From Neoconidiobolus thromboides FSU 785 (lineage: Eukaryota; Fungi; Entomophthoromycota), in the NCBI GenBank assembly GCA_025603075.1, contig MU626271.1, positions 124,001-188,000 on the forward strand: 64,000 nt of DNA. The letters are read 5' to 3'. Both the position numbers and the translations under genes were made by a program. Numbering within the stretch: the stretch's first letter is position 1; each line of letters opens with the position of its first letter. The notes beneath the pieces are model-generated. The model had not been told where the DNA came from. It did no database searches and saw only the letters and a list, made by a program, of their open reading frames with translations. Shown in pieces: positions 36,651-49,892 of the stretch.

Positions 36651-38507
36651 TTAATTAAGATTCTTAATTTGTAATCTTTCTCCAATGATATTAATAATAG
36701 CTAATGAAGCATCAAGATCCTGTTTAGTGTGTGCTGCTGACAAACAGAATCGAACCCTATCTCTCATCACAGGTGTTGCAGGGTATCCAACAACAACAAC
36801 AGCAATACCAGCTGCCAAACACTCCCTAGAGAATGCAGCAATCTTTGAAGAATGATATATCATCATAGGAATAACAGGTGAACCACAAGAACCAATTAAA
36901 GTAAAACCCATGGACTTTAATTTAGTGAAAAAATAGTGCGAGTTAAAGGCTAATTGATCCAGACGTTTTTTGCCTTCATGGGGATACATTGAGTCTGATT
37001 CTCCCATAATTTCTTGCATACTACTAATCGTTTGTTGTAATACTGGAACTGACATGGTTTCACCATAAAGGGAATTATGATTTGTTACTCTTAAGCGTTG
37101 AATTAATGCTTTTGTTCCGGCAATGTATCCTCCAGAAGCTCCAAAACTTTTTGTAAATGTACCCATCATAATATCAATTGATCTTGGGTCAACTCCTAAT
37201 AAATCACATACTCCTCGTCCTCGACTTCCTAAAGCTCCTATAGAGTGAGCTTCATCTAAGTAAATATAAAATTTATATTTCTTCTTTAACTCTAGAATTT
37301 CGTTTAATTTCGGGATGGTGCCTTCCATAGAATAAAGCCCTTCAATGACCAACAATATCTTTTTCCAAGGTTTATGGGTTCGAGGTTGCCCAGAAGCAAT
37401 CGATTCTCTCAACAATTTTTCAAGCTGTTTAATATCTGTTCGTATACTATTAAATTTTTACACTAGGAAATATATCAAGTTAACTTACTGTTATGTTTAA
37501 ATGGTCGAATAACGGCGCCTGAAATTCTGGATCCGTAAATGAGCGAAGCATGGTTTAATTCATCGGATAATATAAGACATCCTTTATCAACAATGGTAGG
37601 TATAACAGAAGCATTTGTAGAAAATCCCTGAGAAATGATTACAGCGTCTTCAGTACCAACAAATCTAGCAACAAGCTGTTCAGCCATTACCAATTTTTCA
37701 GAATATCCAACCTCACAAGGGGTAGAGTTTGAAGTGACCCCTAACTGGGTAATAGATTCAATCACTTTATCGGTACAATACCCTTCCTTTTCAGAAAACC
37801 CTAAATAATTATAACTTGCTAGATTCATTACTTCGATCGAGTTTCCAGTATATCTGAAATAATTTGTAAATAACTTGGTCGTCAAATATTGAAACTAAAA
37901 CTTACTCAAAAGTTAAATTGTAATCGTTAGTTGTACGCTCAAGAATTTTAACTGTACGCCCAGGCACCCCAGTAATAGTGCGTGCAAAAACATCTCTTAT
38001 ACGTGTATATACATAACGATGAAAACTTCTTTCAAAACCTTCAACTAAAGGTGCATAACCCTAAAAAAATTAACATCATTTTAAATCAGTTAATAATAAA
38101 AAACCTACATCGCTGTGAGAATAACATTTATACTCTTCTGGTTTAAATATTTTTCCATATAGATCTCGAAAATAGCCAAACAAAAATAATAAACAATAAG
38201 AAAATACGGTGGTGGTATATACAAAGACGCTAAGTTTTTCCGCTTCATTAATAGGCTCTAAGACGAAACTAGTTTTTTTGATGGCAGGGCTCACATTGGT
38301 TTCTTTAGTAGCATACGACTCCAACTGGATACTTGAGGCTCTTTCGCCTTTGATCATGGAGGGCTTAGCTGGCTCAGTGGTTATAGAGGTGGAAGACACC
38401 TGCTTTTTGCTCTCATTATCAAAGGAGCCTAACTCAATCAATCGTTGCCATTGTGTCTTAAGTTTACTTTCACCACCAATACTACTTTTAAATTTGCCTT
38501 GCCCCAT
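36651..38507 (-). CDS. LCB2: Serine palmitoyltransferase subunit Lcb2
   Basis: NLASYNYLGF, SDELNHASL, IEGLYSMEG, DEAHSIGALG, PLP-lysine GTFTKSFG, GYPATP...RVRFCLSAAH. Confidence 0.97.
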
Positions 38508-39921
38508 TTATTAAAATACAAAGAATTAAAGGTTAAAAAAAGATTGTTTTGACAGTTACTTTTTAACTTTTATAAAGTAAAATCTGGGGAGATATTATTT
38601 TTTATATTTTCGCGCTAGCCCCAAATGCTCCAATAATATTCCAAATTAAGCTCTTTTTACCCTCCGTTAAATCTTAATTTTTTAATTTGTGTACTTTAGT
38701 ACTTTTTTGATTAGTAAGTTATTGTTTCCCTCTTAAATGGCTCGACTTTGATTTGCCTTGATTTCATGGTACTCCAACTTATCTTTTTTCTTGTTACTAA
38801 CAGAGGAATAATTAACTTCAATAATGAAACTCAATAATTTATGTAACAAAATACTAGGTTAATAGATAAAGTAAAGATAGAGCAAAGTGTAACATTATAA
38901 TGTCTCAATCTATTATGATAATCTATTACTATTTCTTATTTATTTCTTATTATATTTTCATGACTTCATTATTTGGTTACTTTAATATTCTCAATTTCTG
39001 GTTTCATAAATTTACCCAGCTTATTACCAATCATTTTCTATCCTTTACAAAGTCAAGAACCATGAAATAATCTTCTTGATAAAAATTCTTGGTAATAAAA
39101 ACCTTATCATTTCAATTAAACCCTTGGTATAAATTAGTTTGAGTATTACTAATTAGGTGACAAGTTAATTTGTAAATTAAATTTTATACTGTTGATTAAT
39201 TTCAAGTCGGTAGGGTAAACAATATCTGAGTGGATTGAAAATTTTTGATGAAGAGTCTATTTTTATGGCATAAAAGGATTATTAATAATTTTATAAATAC
39301 AAGAACGCTACTAAAACAATTATTAGCAGAAATCTTGAACAAAAAAGGTATTCCTACACTTACCTAACCCTAGTCTCAACTTTTATACTAACCCTTATAT
39401 AAATAATAAAGTCGTTATTCTTATATAAAATTTAATATGACATTTTAATTTTGAAACTGATATAAAATCATTTACTCTTTAAAAACTAGCTGCAACTACT
39501 TCTTTAACCACTTGAATACCATGGATAAACATTGGTTGCATGGCTTAAATCAAGCTAACCTTTTGAGTATTAAGTTTCAAAAAACTGATCCAATTGGGGC
39601 ATAAAATCGTTGGAATCATGATACAATCGCATAAAAAAAATTGAGGCGTCTGGCACTCAAAGGGTTAACTCAGCTATCTATTCCTTTTTGATTGGAATTT
39701 GATTTGTATAAAAATGGCTAATGTTTTATCCGAACAACTTATTTGCATCTACTGATTCTTAAAATTTCCTGATGTTCTTGCATAATGAAAAGAGTAAAAT
39801 ATTGAGAAATAGTTAGGAGTTCGACTTTTGTTGAGAGTAATATTTTTCTCCAACCCTTCAACATTCAAGGTAAATGAAAAAACTATTTTAAATAAAGCTA
39901 TAATATTGATAAAAATAATAT

Positions 39922-40018
39922 GGGGATGTTTTTTTGGCTTCATCATTTTTTCCATTTTTAAGTACTATTTGAGTGGAAAAATTGTTAGTAAAATTCTTAA
40001 ACATAAAAATACATCCCC
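39922..40018 (-). mobile_element. MITE-like repeat, copy 13
   Basis: Perfect GGGGATGT/ACATCCCC termini with ATAT flanks. Confidence 0.9.
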
Positions 40019-40251
40019 ATATATTTAAGTTACTTTAAATACCAATTTACTTTATCTATTTTCATTCTAATTTGTATATCCTATACTATTTGATCAATAA
40101 ATGTTTAAAAATCGAAGTAATAGGATTAAACCCAACTCATAAGACAAAAACATACTACTCAACACTCAACCACATAATGCAAGTATCAAAAACTTAAATT
40201 GCATAAATAATTTTTTATTTTTTTGGTTTTTTGTTAGTAAATAGATAAAAT

Positions 40252-42105
40252 TTAATGAGAAGCTGAAGTTGTAGTACGATTTGAAGGTAATGAAGTACTT
40301 TTAGAGGGCAATGAAGTATGCTTGGGTGGCAAAGTGCCTTTAGTAGGTGGTACATTATTTTTAGGAGGTAGTAAAGCATTTTTAGATGACAATGGGATAT
40401 TTGTAGAAAGTTGTGAAGCACGCTTAGAAAGTGGTAGTTCACCAGTTTCTTCTTCATCATGACCACGTTTAACTGAAGGTTTGTTAGCCTTTGGTCCAAG
40501 CACTGGTTTTATTTTTGGTGTCTTTTTTTCAAATATGCATTTGGGTAGCTGATCAACTTTATAATTAACAATGGCAGTCCACTTATCTGGATACTCGGGG
40601 TCAGGTTGTTGTTTATATAAAGATCGAATGTATGCTTTTTGTGAGTCAAGTTTATCTACTTCGCTGGCCGATTCTGCTTTAACTCCAATCCCAACATAAA
40701 AAGAGGTGACATACAATGTTTTGTAGATTTCATTTGGTGGTAGATCTTTATTGTCAGGTGTGGCATCAAGTTTTCCAGCTTTAACCGATTCCATCTCTTC
40801 TTCATTCTTACATTTATGTACAGTTGACATTGATTCAGATCTAATATGAAGCACCTCTATATACCACTCTAAGTCGAGGTACTCTGTAAACTTACGCACT
40901 CTGGATTCTAAGAGACCTGCATAATCACCATGCGAAGTTTCTTCACTTGTTATAGCTGATATTTGAACATAATGAGAATATTTTTTAAAAAAGTTTGATG
41001 GCGTAAGAAGCTTATTCCATGGAATTTCTTGGTTCGTAGCTCTAAGAGCAAATTCGGATCCTCTTAAAAGCTCGCATAATAAAATAACATGCGACGACCT
41101 GGTAACATTATGAGTACAACACATAGTAGGATAAGCTGGGGTAATGATTGGCATCCTATGACCTAAATCAGTACCATTAGTAGAGGGATCCCACGAACCT
41201 TTAGCTATTTGTCCATTTAGTTGATATTGAAAATCAGTTAAAATCATTGGATGAGGCCAATCCCAAATTGAGGCAATTCTAAAATATTCATAAATGGCTC
41301 GAGCTGCAGTAGCATTAGGAAAAAGTTGACAAACACGTGCCACTGAAATAGCCCAAGCTACGCCACCAAAATAGCCCATAACATTGGAAGTAAGCCCTCT
41401 CATTTTTGCCCATAATTTTATAAAACGAAGTGCTATTTGAAATACTGGGACATTGGGTACAAGCTTCATTATAAGGGCAGCAACTCGACGCCCATTCACA
41501 CTCTTCGTATAATCTTCACTACACAACATATCCAAAGGCATAGTACCCAAATCAAAATCTTCAGGGATAATATCGTATTTAACTGAAGCAAAAATAAGAT
41601 CAATGGGGATACCAAAGAACTTTAATTTGACAAGTGGTACGTAAGCACCAACCACCGAACTAACTTCAGTGATGTAATTTTTCCCTTTAAGAAAATTATA
41701 AAACCCAGTAAAGAAATCATCTTTGTCAATATAACTAGGAGTGACACATAGCGCATCAATATCAGAAGTAATATTATGGGCACCAAGAGCATACGAACCA
41801 AACGGAAGGATTTGGGAGTTATTTGCTTTTGCTATTTCAGGATTTTCTTCTTTTTTAATGCCTATCTCAGCTACATACTCCCTTAGATAAAGGGTAAGCA
41901 TTCTTAGTGCTTTTTCTTTGTTCGTTGAGTCAGTAGCATTTGGGATGCAGCCATTCTTTTCAAGCAGCTTAATTACCTCTTTAGTGGCGTGTAACTCGGG
42001 TTCTGTTGGGTCTTTCAAATCTAAGGGATGAGATACACCATGGAACTCAGTCACTCTTTTCCCATCAATAAATATATATGGCAATTCATCATTTTCAATA
42101 TTCAT
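40252..42105 (-). CDS. PAP1: Canonical-type poly(A) polymerase, divergent and intronless
   Basis: FGSYALG...SDIDALCV, IPIDLIFA, IKLWAKMRG, GYFGGVAWA, WDWPHP, MPIITPAYPTMCCTHNV. Confidence 0.93.
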   Translation of the reverse strand: MNIENDELPYIFIDGKRVTEFHGVSHPLDLKDPTEPELHATKEVIKLLEKNGCIPNATDSTNKEKALRMLTLYLREYVAEIGIKKEENPEIAKANNSQILPFGSYALGAHNITSDIDALCVTPSYIDKDDFFTGFYNFLKGKNYITEVSSVVGAYVPLVKLKFFGIPIDLIFASVKYDIIPEDFDLGTMPLDMLCSEDYTKSVNGRRVAALIMKLVPNVPVFQIALRFIKLWAKMRGLTSNVMGYFGGVAWAISVARVCQLFPNATAARAIYEYFRIASIWDWPHPMILTDFQYQLNGQIAKGSWDPSTNGTDLGHRMPIITPAYPTMCCTHNVTRSSHVILLCELLRGSEFALRATNQEIPWNKLLTPSNFFKKYSHYVQISAITSEETSHGDYAGLLESRVRKFTEYLDLEWYIEVLHIRSESMSTVHKCKNEEEMESVKAGKLDATPDNKDLPPNEIYKTLYVTSFYVGIGVKAESASEVDKLDSQKAYIRSLYKQQPDPEYPDKWTAIVNYKVDQLPKCIFEKKTPKIKPVLGPKANKPSVKRGHDEEETGELPLSKRASQLSTNIPLSSKNALLPPKNNVPPTKGTLPPKHTSLPSKSTSLPSNRTTTSASH

Positions 42106-42244
42106 CTTAGAATTTTAATGAAATTCAAACACTGATTGAAGGATAATCAAAAATCAAATAAAATTATGAAAAAAATAAACTAAAATTTACCATTTTTTCA
42201 CAGCTCAAGTTCAGATTTTGCTTAAAGTAGGCTAAACTAATTCT

Positions 42245-42253
42245 AGCCAATCA
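42245..42253 (+). promoter_or_regulatory. CCAAT box (AGCCAATCA) upstream of the poly(A) polymerase gene
   Basis: NF-Y/HAP consensus, 140 bp from the ATG. Confidence 0.45.
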
Positions 42254-42813
42254 AATTTTACATGAATATTAAATTTCGTTTTTTGTTCCTTCTCCTTAAT
42301 CTTCTAAAAAAATAAGTTAAAAGCTATTCTTTTTTAAAAAAGAATTAATAACAATAAACTAAATACATGTATATTAGGTATCAAAGTAAAGTGGATATAT
42401 GATTTATATAGGTATTATTTTATTACTAAAACAAAATTTATGAGCTTGATTTTAGTATAAAAATTAAGGACTCTTTCTATAAGAACACCTACAAAACATA
42501 AAAGATAAAAAGTCATTATTTATTTAATCACCAACTATTCTTATATTAAGTTTTAAACAAACGTAATATTGGAATAACAATTAGATAATTCAAACCATTA
42601 TTAATAAATTAATTTGAAATTAAAAAGGAGCTATTAGATAACATTTGAACCTATAAACCCAATTGAACGATAATAAATTTTAAAGCCAAAATAAAAGTAT
42701 ATTTAATAATAGTAAAAATAAAAGTACTTAAAGAGATAACTCTTAAGGTATTGCTCTTGAGATTATTTAGATTTCAACAATCACACTTAGTTAATAATTG
42801 GTAACTCAGTTAC

Positions 42814-44040
42814 TCATACTGTAAACTTAAGCTGCGAAAGTAACTTTCTATGAATACAAGTTTGTTCATCTACAAATCGATCAATTTCGTCTTTAATTTC
42901 TGGATTATTAGGATTATCAGTTGCACTTTGAAAAAGTTGTCTAGTTTGTGGCGTTGGTTCTGGAAGTGGAAATGGGGTTGTTTGAGGAATTCTATTTTCT
43001 CCACTATTGGCAAGGTAATTAATTAAGGAAGTATGGATTTCTTTTTCTCTAGAATAATATTCTGCTGGAGATATCTTACTAAACTCATTACTTGGATCAA
43101 CTAAGGCTAAAAACGCTTTTAAATCCATACCATCATAATGTATATCATTGTGTGCACTGCGAGTTTGTTCAGATGTGTTATGGTTTCCAAATGATCCCAA
43201 GTTGTTTTCGCGAATCGTATTCCTTGGTGTTGATATTTGTGGGATGTTTACTTCATTACTATATTGATACGTTTGCTCGTTAACGCTATTGTATATATCT
43301 CTTTGTTCGTTATAGTTTCTATTAAAATTATTATATGGACGATTGGTTTCAAATGATCTTTTAGGTTCATTATAGTGTGCGTTATTTCTTGAATAAATTT
43401 CATTTTCTTTGATATTTAAACTACGATTGTATAAAGTTCGTTCTGATAAATAGTTTTTTGGTTCATTGGAATTGCTTTCAACATTTGCAGGGAGAATCAG
43501 CTTATCCTTAATATTTTCCTTTTTAGAATGCTCAGGACGAGGTTTAATAAAAGCATTAGTAATGGGCAAATTACTGTTTGCTTCATCACCGTTCGCAGCA
43601 GCTATTTTTTTTGCTTGGTTGGATATACGATGAATGTTTGATAGTAAGTCTTCTCTACTTCTTTTAAAATAAGGATGTTCAAACCAGCTTGAATCCAAAT
43701 TAGTACCTCTAGTTTTTCTTCCATCACTGATCCTTTTAAATCCATACATCTAAAACAACAATTAAAAACAAAAAGTTTGATTTTAAAAAATTATTTACAT
43801 TCAATTGACGAACAAAAGAGTTAAAGGAAGCGTTCTTAAAATAGTTTGGAAACAACTCCTCTTGAAATGCTTTTTGAGACTTGATTACAAAATTGTCTCC
43901 TGCATCGCACCAGCCTACTAAATGTACATATTCTTGGCTATGAAGAAGACTAAAATCTATGAATAAAAAGTAAATAGACCCAAAGTAATTACTTACTTGT
44001 ACATCTTTTTAGCGAATGATGACACTTCTATTTCTCTCAT
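42814..44040 (-). CDS. HSF-type DNA-binding domain protein (3 exons)
   Basis: Spliced MREIEVSSFAKKMYNLLHSQEYVHLVGWCDAGDNFVI...LFPNYFKNASFNSFVRQLN/MYGFKRI...WFEHPYFKR. Confidence 0.9.
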
Positions 44041-45086
44041 ATTTTGTTTTGCTATATGCTAATATCTTATATATACTGTTCTTTTACTTAAATACTTTTA
44101 AAGTAATCAAACAAAGTTCTATGTTCTATTTTTAATTTTATTCACTAAGCTGAAGGCTTTTTATTGGTTGGGATCATACTAAAAATTTTATTTGAATTTG
44201 CTTTTCATTTTTTAAGCCCAAAATGTTCCATTTATAATCATTATTTTTTAAACTCGTTACTAATCATACTGTAATATTTTATATCATATTGTAATAAGTT
44301 TTTAGGCTATAGTTTTATAATATAAAGCAAATTAAAACTAATAGTTTTGATACTTATTTTTTTATTATCATTTTATTACTATTTCAACATCAAGTATTGA
44401 CTTTATATTGTTTTCTTAAATTAAAATTTAATCCCTTATCATGTTAAAAACTTGTTAAATTATAAATTAAAAAACCTGATACAATGTATTAATTTTATTT
44501 ATATAATAAATTAAAATGAACATTCGTAAATGGAACTATATTCTTCAATGACGTTTACCTCATTTTATTTAAAAAATCAAAATTACTTTTTGCTTATAAT
44601 AGTTTACTTTTTTATTAAATGGAAATAAAAACTTTTAAAAATAATACTAAAACTTTATCCAATACAGAAGATTTAATCTTTTTACAACTTACTGAAATAT
44701 TATCATATGAGAACAAGATCTAAGCCTTCTTTCTAATATTTTATATTTTATTTGATGACTAAAATAATAAATAGTGATAAAAGTAAAAAAAACTCATCAT
44801 TAAAAATTATCATTATTAATGTTTGGAATAAACCTTTATTAAATAATACATATCTAGTATTTTCATTTAAACAAAATCATGACAAGATAGCAAAAAACTC
44901 ATTTGTTTATATTAATTTTATACACTTTATTACCGTTCTTGTATTATGTCCTAAACAGAACAATATACTTATAAAATAAAATATCATGTTAAAAACTTAA
45001 GATGTAATATTCGAAAAAAATAAAGTGGTAAAAGCAAAATGCTTACTATACAACAACAATTATAAACAACTAAAAAATTACTATAT

Positions 45087-45175
45087 GGGGATGTATTTAA
45101 GGATTTTACTAACAAGTTTTCCACTCAAATAGCGCTTAAAAGATGGAAAAGTAATGAAGCCAAAAAAACACCCCC
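45087..45175 (+). mobile_element. MITE-like repeat, copy 14 (about 10-bp internal deletion)
   Basis: GGGGATGT...ACACCCCC with ATAT on both flanks. Confidence 0.88.
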
Positions 45176-45498
45176 ATATAATTAAATAGTAGTGAAAAAA
45201 AGAATAAAGTTAATGGAATGACAATTAGGCTTAATATATTAAAATTGATTTTTAAGAGTGTAAAAACAAGGAAATAATAAAAAAGTGTATATTAGGTTTT
45301 ATATAAAAGTTTTTTATAAAGGTACTTTAATACATATTAATTTTGTTATTGTTTTTTAATATTGTCTAATGCAATAGCTGGTAAATTATCTTGCTCTATT
45401 TTGATCAGTTTAATAGTTTATTAAACAACAAATTACTCTTTTTAATTATAGTAAAAAGATTAAGAAATAATCATAATTGTTTTATTTAATAAATGATA

Positions 45499-47059
45499 TC
45501 AACTATTATTGATAATAGATTTAGAAAGATAGCAATTAAAAAAAGCAACTCCAGCCAAGATTATAAGGGACGGATTTAAAATATTAAAATAATAATTTTT
45601 CATTGCACTAAAGTAAACAAATAAAGGATCTAAAGTAATAGATGCTTGAATCAAATCGAGAATACTATAACCACCGAATGCTAGACCAAACACAGCAAAT
45701 TTACCTATATTTATATCTTTTACTTTAGATAATAACAAAATTATTGAAAGATTAGAATATAAGAAGCATACAGGTAAAGATATAAAAGTCAAGTTAACTA
45801 ATAAAACAAAGAGAAAAGTAGGAAGAATGGACTGTAAAAAATTGATTACAATCATACAAATAAATTCAATGACAATTATACTGTAAGTAATATTATAAAT
45901 ATAGCTTGAATTAAATTTGTTTAAAATAGTGGGTAAATAAAGATAACTTAAAAGCAAAGTTCCTACTACAAAAAGAAGTAAGGTGGGAAAAGGGCCTTCA
46001 AAGGTTATACCTAAGCCACCCATTTTGGTGTCAACCATATACCATGCTGGGAGACTTGTCATCAGATTCACAATTAAAAATTGATTCAATATATATGAAA
46101 TAATTAAAAGTGAAGTTTTTTTAGTAAGTAATTTAAGTGCAAAGTAATAATATAGAACATTTTGGGACGAATTAATAGAATCGTAATTGTTGTTATCCAT
46201 ATCATTAACTAATGTTTGAGTTTCGTCACTTTCAGTCAGAAGTGAAATAGTATCTAATTTATCCTCCGAAGGTAATAATAAAGAATTAGAACAATAACCA
46301 AGTATCATAAATATAATGGCATTGCATAAAGCTGGAAATAATAAAGGATATTGAAGGAATATTAATTTAAGAGTAAACCAATTTGGGATTTGATTTCTGT
46401 AAGACCCAAAAAATAAACTTACAACATACCATAATGAATAGGTAAACAAGTTACTAAAAAATAATAGTGTATATGCAAAACCTATAATTAATTAATACAA
46501 TAATCTCCATATGATAAATATATATACTTTGATATTTTGATTGATAAATAATTGATATAAGCCCATAAGGAATAGTCTCTAATCCATTAGATAAACCTAG
46601 ATTAAGTAAAATAACACGAATAGAAAAGAGATTTGGTGATATGGATAAAAGTACTACTAAGATAGATGCTGCATAAATTGATGAAGGTACAGTTTTTTTG
46701 GCTCCATATTTATCAGTCAAATAGCTAACAAAAATTATAGCTATAGGTACCATATATTTAAAATAATTAAAACTTGACACAATGTAGAGGTACATTTCAT
46801 GCTAATCATGTGGAGCGCCCCCCAACTCGATTAAAGCCTAATAATTTTATTAGTTTATAGAATTGAATTATCATTAGGTTTACAATTCTATGAAGAGTTT
46901 CAATAAATAGTTTAAACGCTTTAACAAGGCCATATAATAAAAGTATTTTTAAATAACTTAAATCTGGAAAGTAAGAGGAATCTAGTTGTGGTTTGTTAAA
47001 ACTTTATATTCTATTATATTCTATTATATTCTATTATTACTAGTTATCATTGAAGTCAT
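45499..47059 (-). pseudogene. MFS transporter paralog C with an in-frame TAG in exon 3 (pseudogene or splice-rescued)
   Basis: Same 4-exon layout as paralogs A and B; motif A SYLTDKYGAKK; TAG at 46804-46802 where the paralogs have Arg; no other lesion seen. Confidence 0.6.
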
Positions 47060-47692
47060 TTTAAGAAAAATAGAATAAATCAAAATAGAAAGGTTGTTTT
47101 ATTTTATATGTATCAAATTACTATACTAAGCTAAACACTTAGTTAACTTCCCTTGGCATCAACTTACCTTCACCCTTGATTGCCACTGTATCGTCATTCC
47201 TTGGACCACATGGTTCTTTAGCTCAGGTTAAAGCTGAAATAAGAAAATTGTATTTTTTATCTAATACTACTTTCGGAAAATTAAAGTCTTTTTATATCAT
47301 TTAACTAGATTTCAATTAATTTTGAAAAACAATTTTTCACATTCTAAAGTTATTCCCTATTCTAATAAATTGAAACTTAAAACAAAAGCACTTCAATTAT
47401 CGTATATAATTGAATTCTTCAATATAATTTGTTTATAAACACAAAAGTCTTTTTTAACACCAATTTAGTGTAGTAAATATAATGTTATTTGAAAATTAAT
47501 TTTTCATTTTTCAATTTTTAAAATCTTAAGCAATCAAGGCATTAATTTTATATTAATTCTCAACCATCAAATTTAAAATTTAAAAACAACCAATAAGACA
47601 CCTTTAAATTAACAAGAACCCCAAAAAAGCTGAATATAAAAATAACTTTGGGAACTTCGACTATTCCTTGTTAATACAATTAAAGATCAAGT

Positions 47693-49378
47693 ATGGCAAT
47701 TGAGGATAAAAAATTAGATAAAAAGGTGAAGAATGAGGTAGAGGGCAAAAAAGATAAAAGTAAAAAAGAAAAGAAAAATAAAGCTAAAAAAGAAAAGAAA
47801 GAAAACAAACGCAAAGTAGAAGAAGAGAGTGATAAAGAAAATGATAGTAACTCAGAATTAGACAAAAAAGCAAAGAAAGAAAAAAGTAGTGAGATTGAAG
47901 CCAAGGCTAATAACAACAGTAATGAAAGTGGTACTTATGTTGAGCACGAAGAAACAAGTAAATTAAGTACCGATGATATTCAAAAGTTCCGTGAAAAGAA
48001 TAGTATTACTTATAATGGGGATAAAGATTATAAACCAATTCTAAAATTCAATTATGCTGGTTTTTCTTCTGAAATTTTAGAATATTGTAAAAATTTTAAA
48101 GAACCAACCCCAATTCAAAGCTCATGTTGGCCAATTATTTTGAATAATAGAGACGTAGTTGGTATTGCTCAAACTGGGTAAGTAATTATTGTAAAAAAGT
48201 CATAATTTTTTATTTATTTTCATTTATTAGTTCTGGTAAAACATTAGCTTTTACTTTGCCAGCGCTTATGCACATCAAAAGAACTGGGAAGATGAAGTCA
48301 AAGCTACCAACTGTCCTGATTTTAGCTCCAACTAGAGAGTTAGCTATGCAATCTTATGAAATTTGTGAAAAGGTAGGGCAGATGTTTGGTATCAGAAGTA
48401 CTTGTATTTATGGAGGTGTACCAAAAGATAGTCAAAGAAGAGATTTAAAGAAAGGAGTACAAATCATTATAGCTACCCCAGGAAGATTGTTAGATTTAAT
48501 TGAAGACAATAGTTGCGATATAAGTCAAGTAAACTATTTAGTCTTAGATGAAGCTGATAGAATGTTGGACTTTGGGTTTGAACCAGCTATCCGTAGTTTA
48601 ATTTCAAAGATCCATAGTAAAAGACAAACCGTTATGTTGTCCGCTACTTGGCCAGAAACTATTCGTAAGTTGGCTAATGAATTTTTAAGTAAGCCCATCC
48701 ATGTTACAATCGGTTCTGAAGATTTAGCAGTATCGCATAATGTTACTCAAATTGTTGAAGTATTAGATGATCCATTTGCAAAAGATAGAAAGTTGATTGA
48801 AATACTTCGAAACTATCACAAAAGTAGAGAAAATCGAGTTTTAGTATTTGTTTTATATAAAAAAGAAGCAGTACGTGTTGAACAAAGTTTACGTTATAAA
48901 GGATACAAAGTTGCGGTAATTAACTTAGTTTATTGATTTATTAGTTTTTTAACTTAATTCTACTTAGGCTATTCAAGGTGATTTAAGTCAAAACCAAAGA
49001 ACCGAAGCTTTAGCCAGATTTAAGGATGGTACTTGTCCATTATTAATTGCTACTGATGTGGCAGCAAGAGGGTTAGATATTCCTAAAGTAGAATATGTAA
49101 TTAATTACACTTTTCCATTAACCATTGATGATTATGTACATCGTATTGGACGTACAGGTAGAGCAGGGAATAAAGGAATTTCACATACCTTTTTTACGGC
49201 TCATGATAAACAGCATTCTGGAGCATTAATTAATGTATTGAAATCAGCAAATCAAGATGTACCAGAAAATTTATTAAAGTTTGGTACTACAGTTAAAAAG
49301 AAGGAACATAAAGCATATGGTGCTTTCTTTAAAGACATCGACGAGAATGCTAAACCTACTAAAATTGTGTTTGATTGA
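47693..49378 (+). CDS. DBP3: DEAD-box RNA helicase Dbp3
   Basis: K/E-rich N-terminus, [46 protein letters not shown]-terminal [13 protein letters not shown]...KIVFD. Confidence 0.95.
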
Positions 49379-49892
49379 TTATGAGATAGAACTATAGAAT
49401 AGTAGTAAATTAATATAGATGATGTTATACTATGTTTAAGTTTATTATTATTTATTTCACTTTTTATTGTCCCTTATAGATTTTTATGTTCATAGTTATC
49501 TGTGTAATATAGATTGATAGTAAATAAATATATTCTATTATAAGTTTTGCTATACTTTATGCTAATAATATTCGTTTAATTTATATAATTAAAGCATTCT
49601 TTTGTTTTAATAATAGTATTTTAGGCTAAAAATCAATATCAATAAATGTATAGATTAAAGGAACTTATCTAACCTTAAAAACAAACAACTTATTTATCTA
49701 ACGCTATACTAATAATACTTTTTGTGGTACTTTTTATTTGTAATTATTTATACTATATTCTTTTCATTTGTTATTGTCTCTCCAATCAATAGATAGCCCG
49801 CATTTTTATGCAGTTTAGAAATGAGTATTAATTCCAAATATTCGCTAATTAACAAAAGCTTGTTATTTAAACAAGCACAGAAATAATACAAA

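Noticed and set aside
39651-39668. piggyBac-like end TGGCACTCAAAGGG-TTAA
   Set aside because: No matching opposite TIR or transposase remnant found nearby; could be chance.
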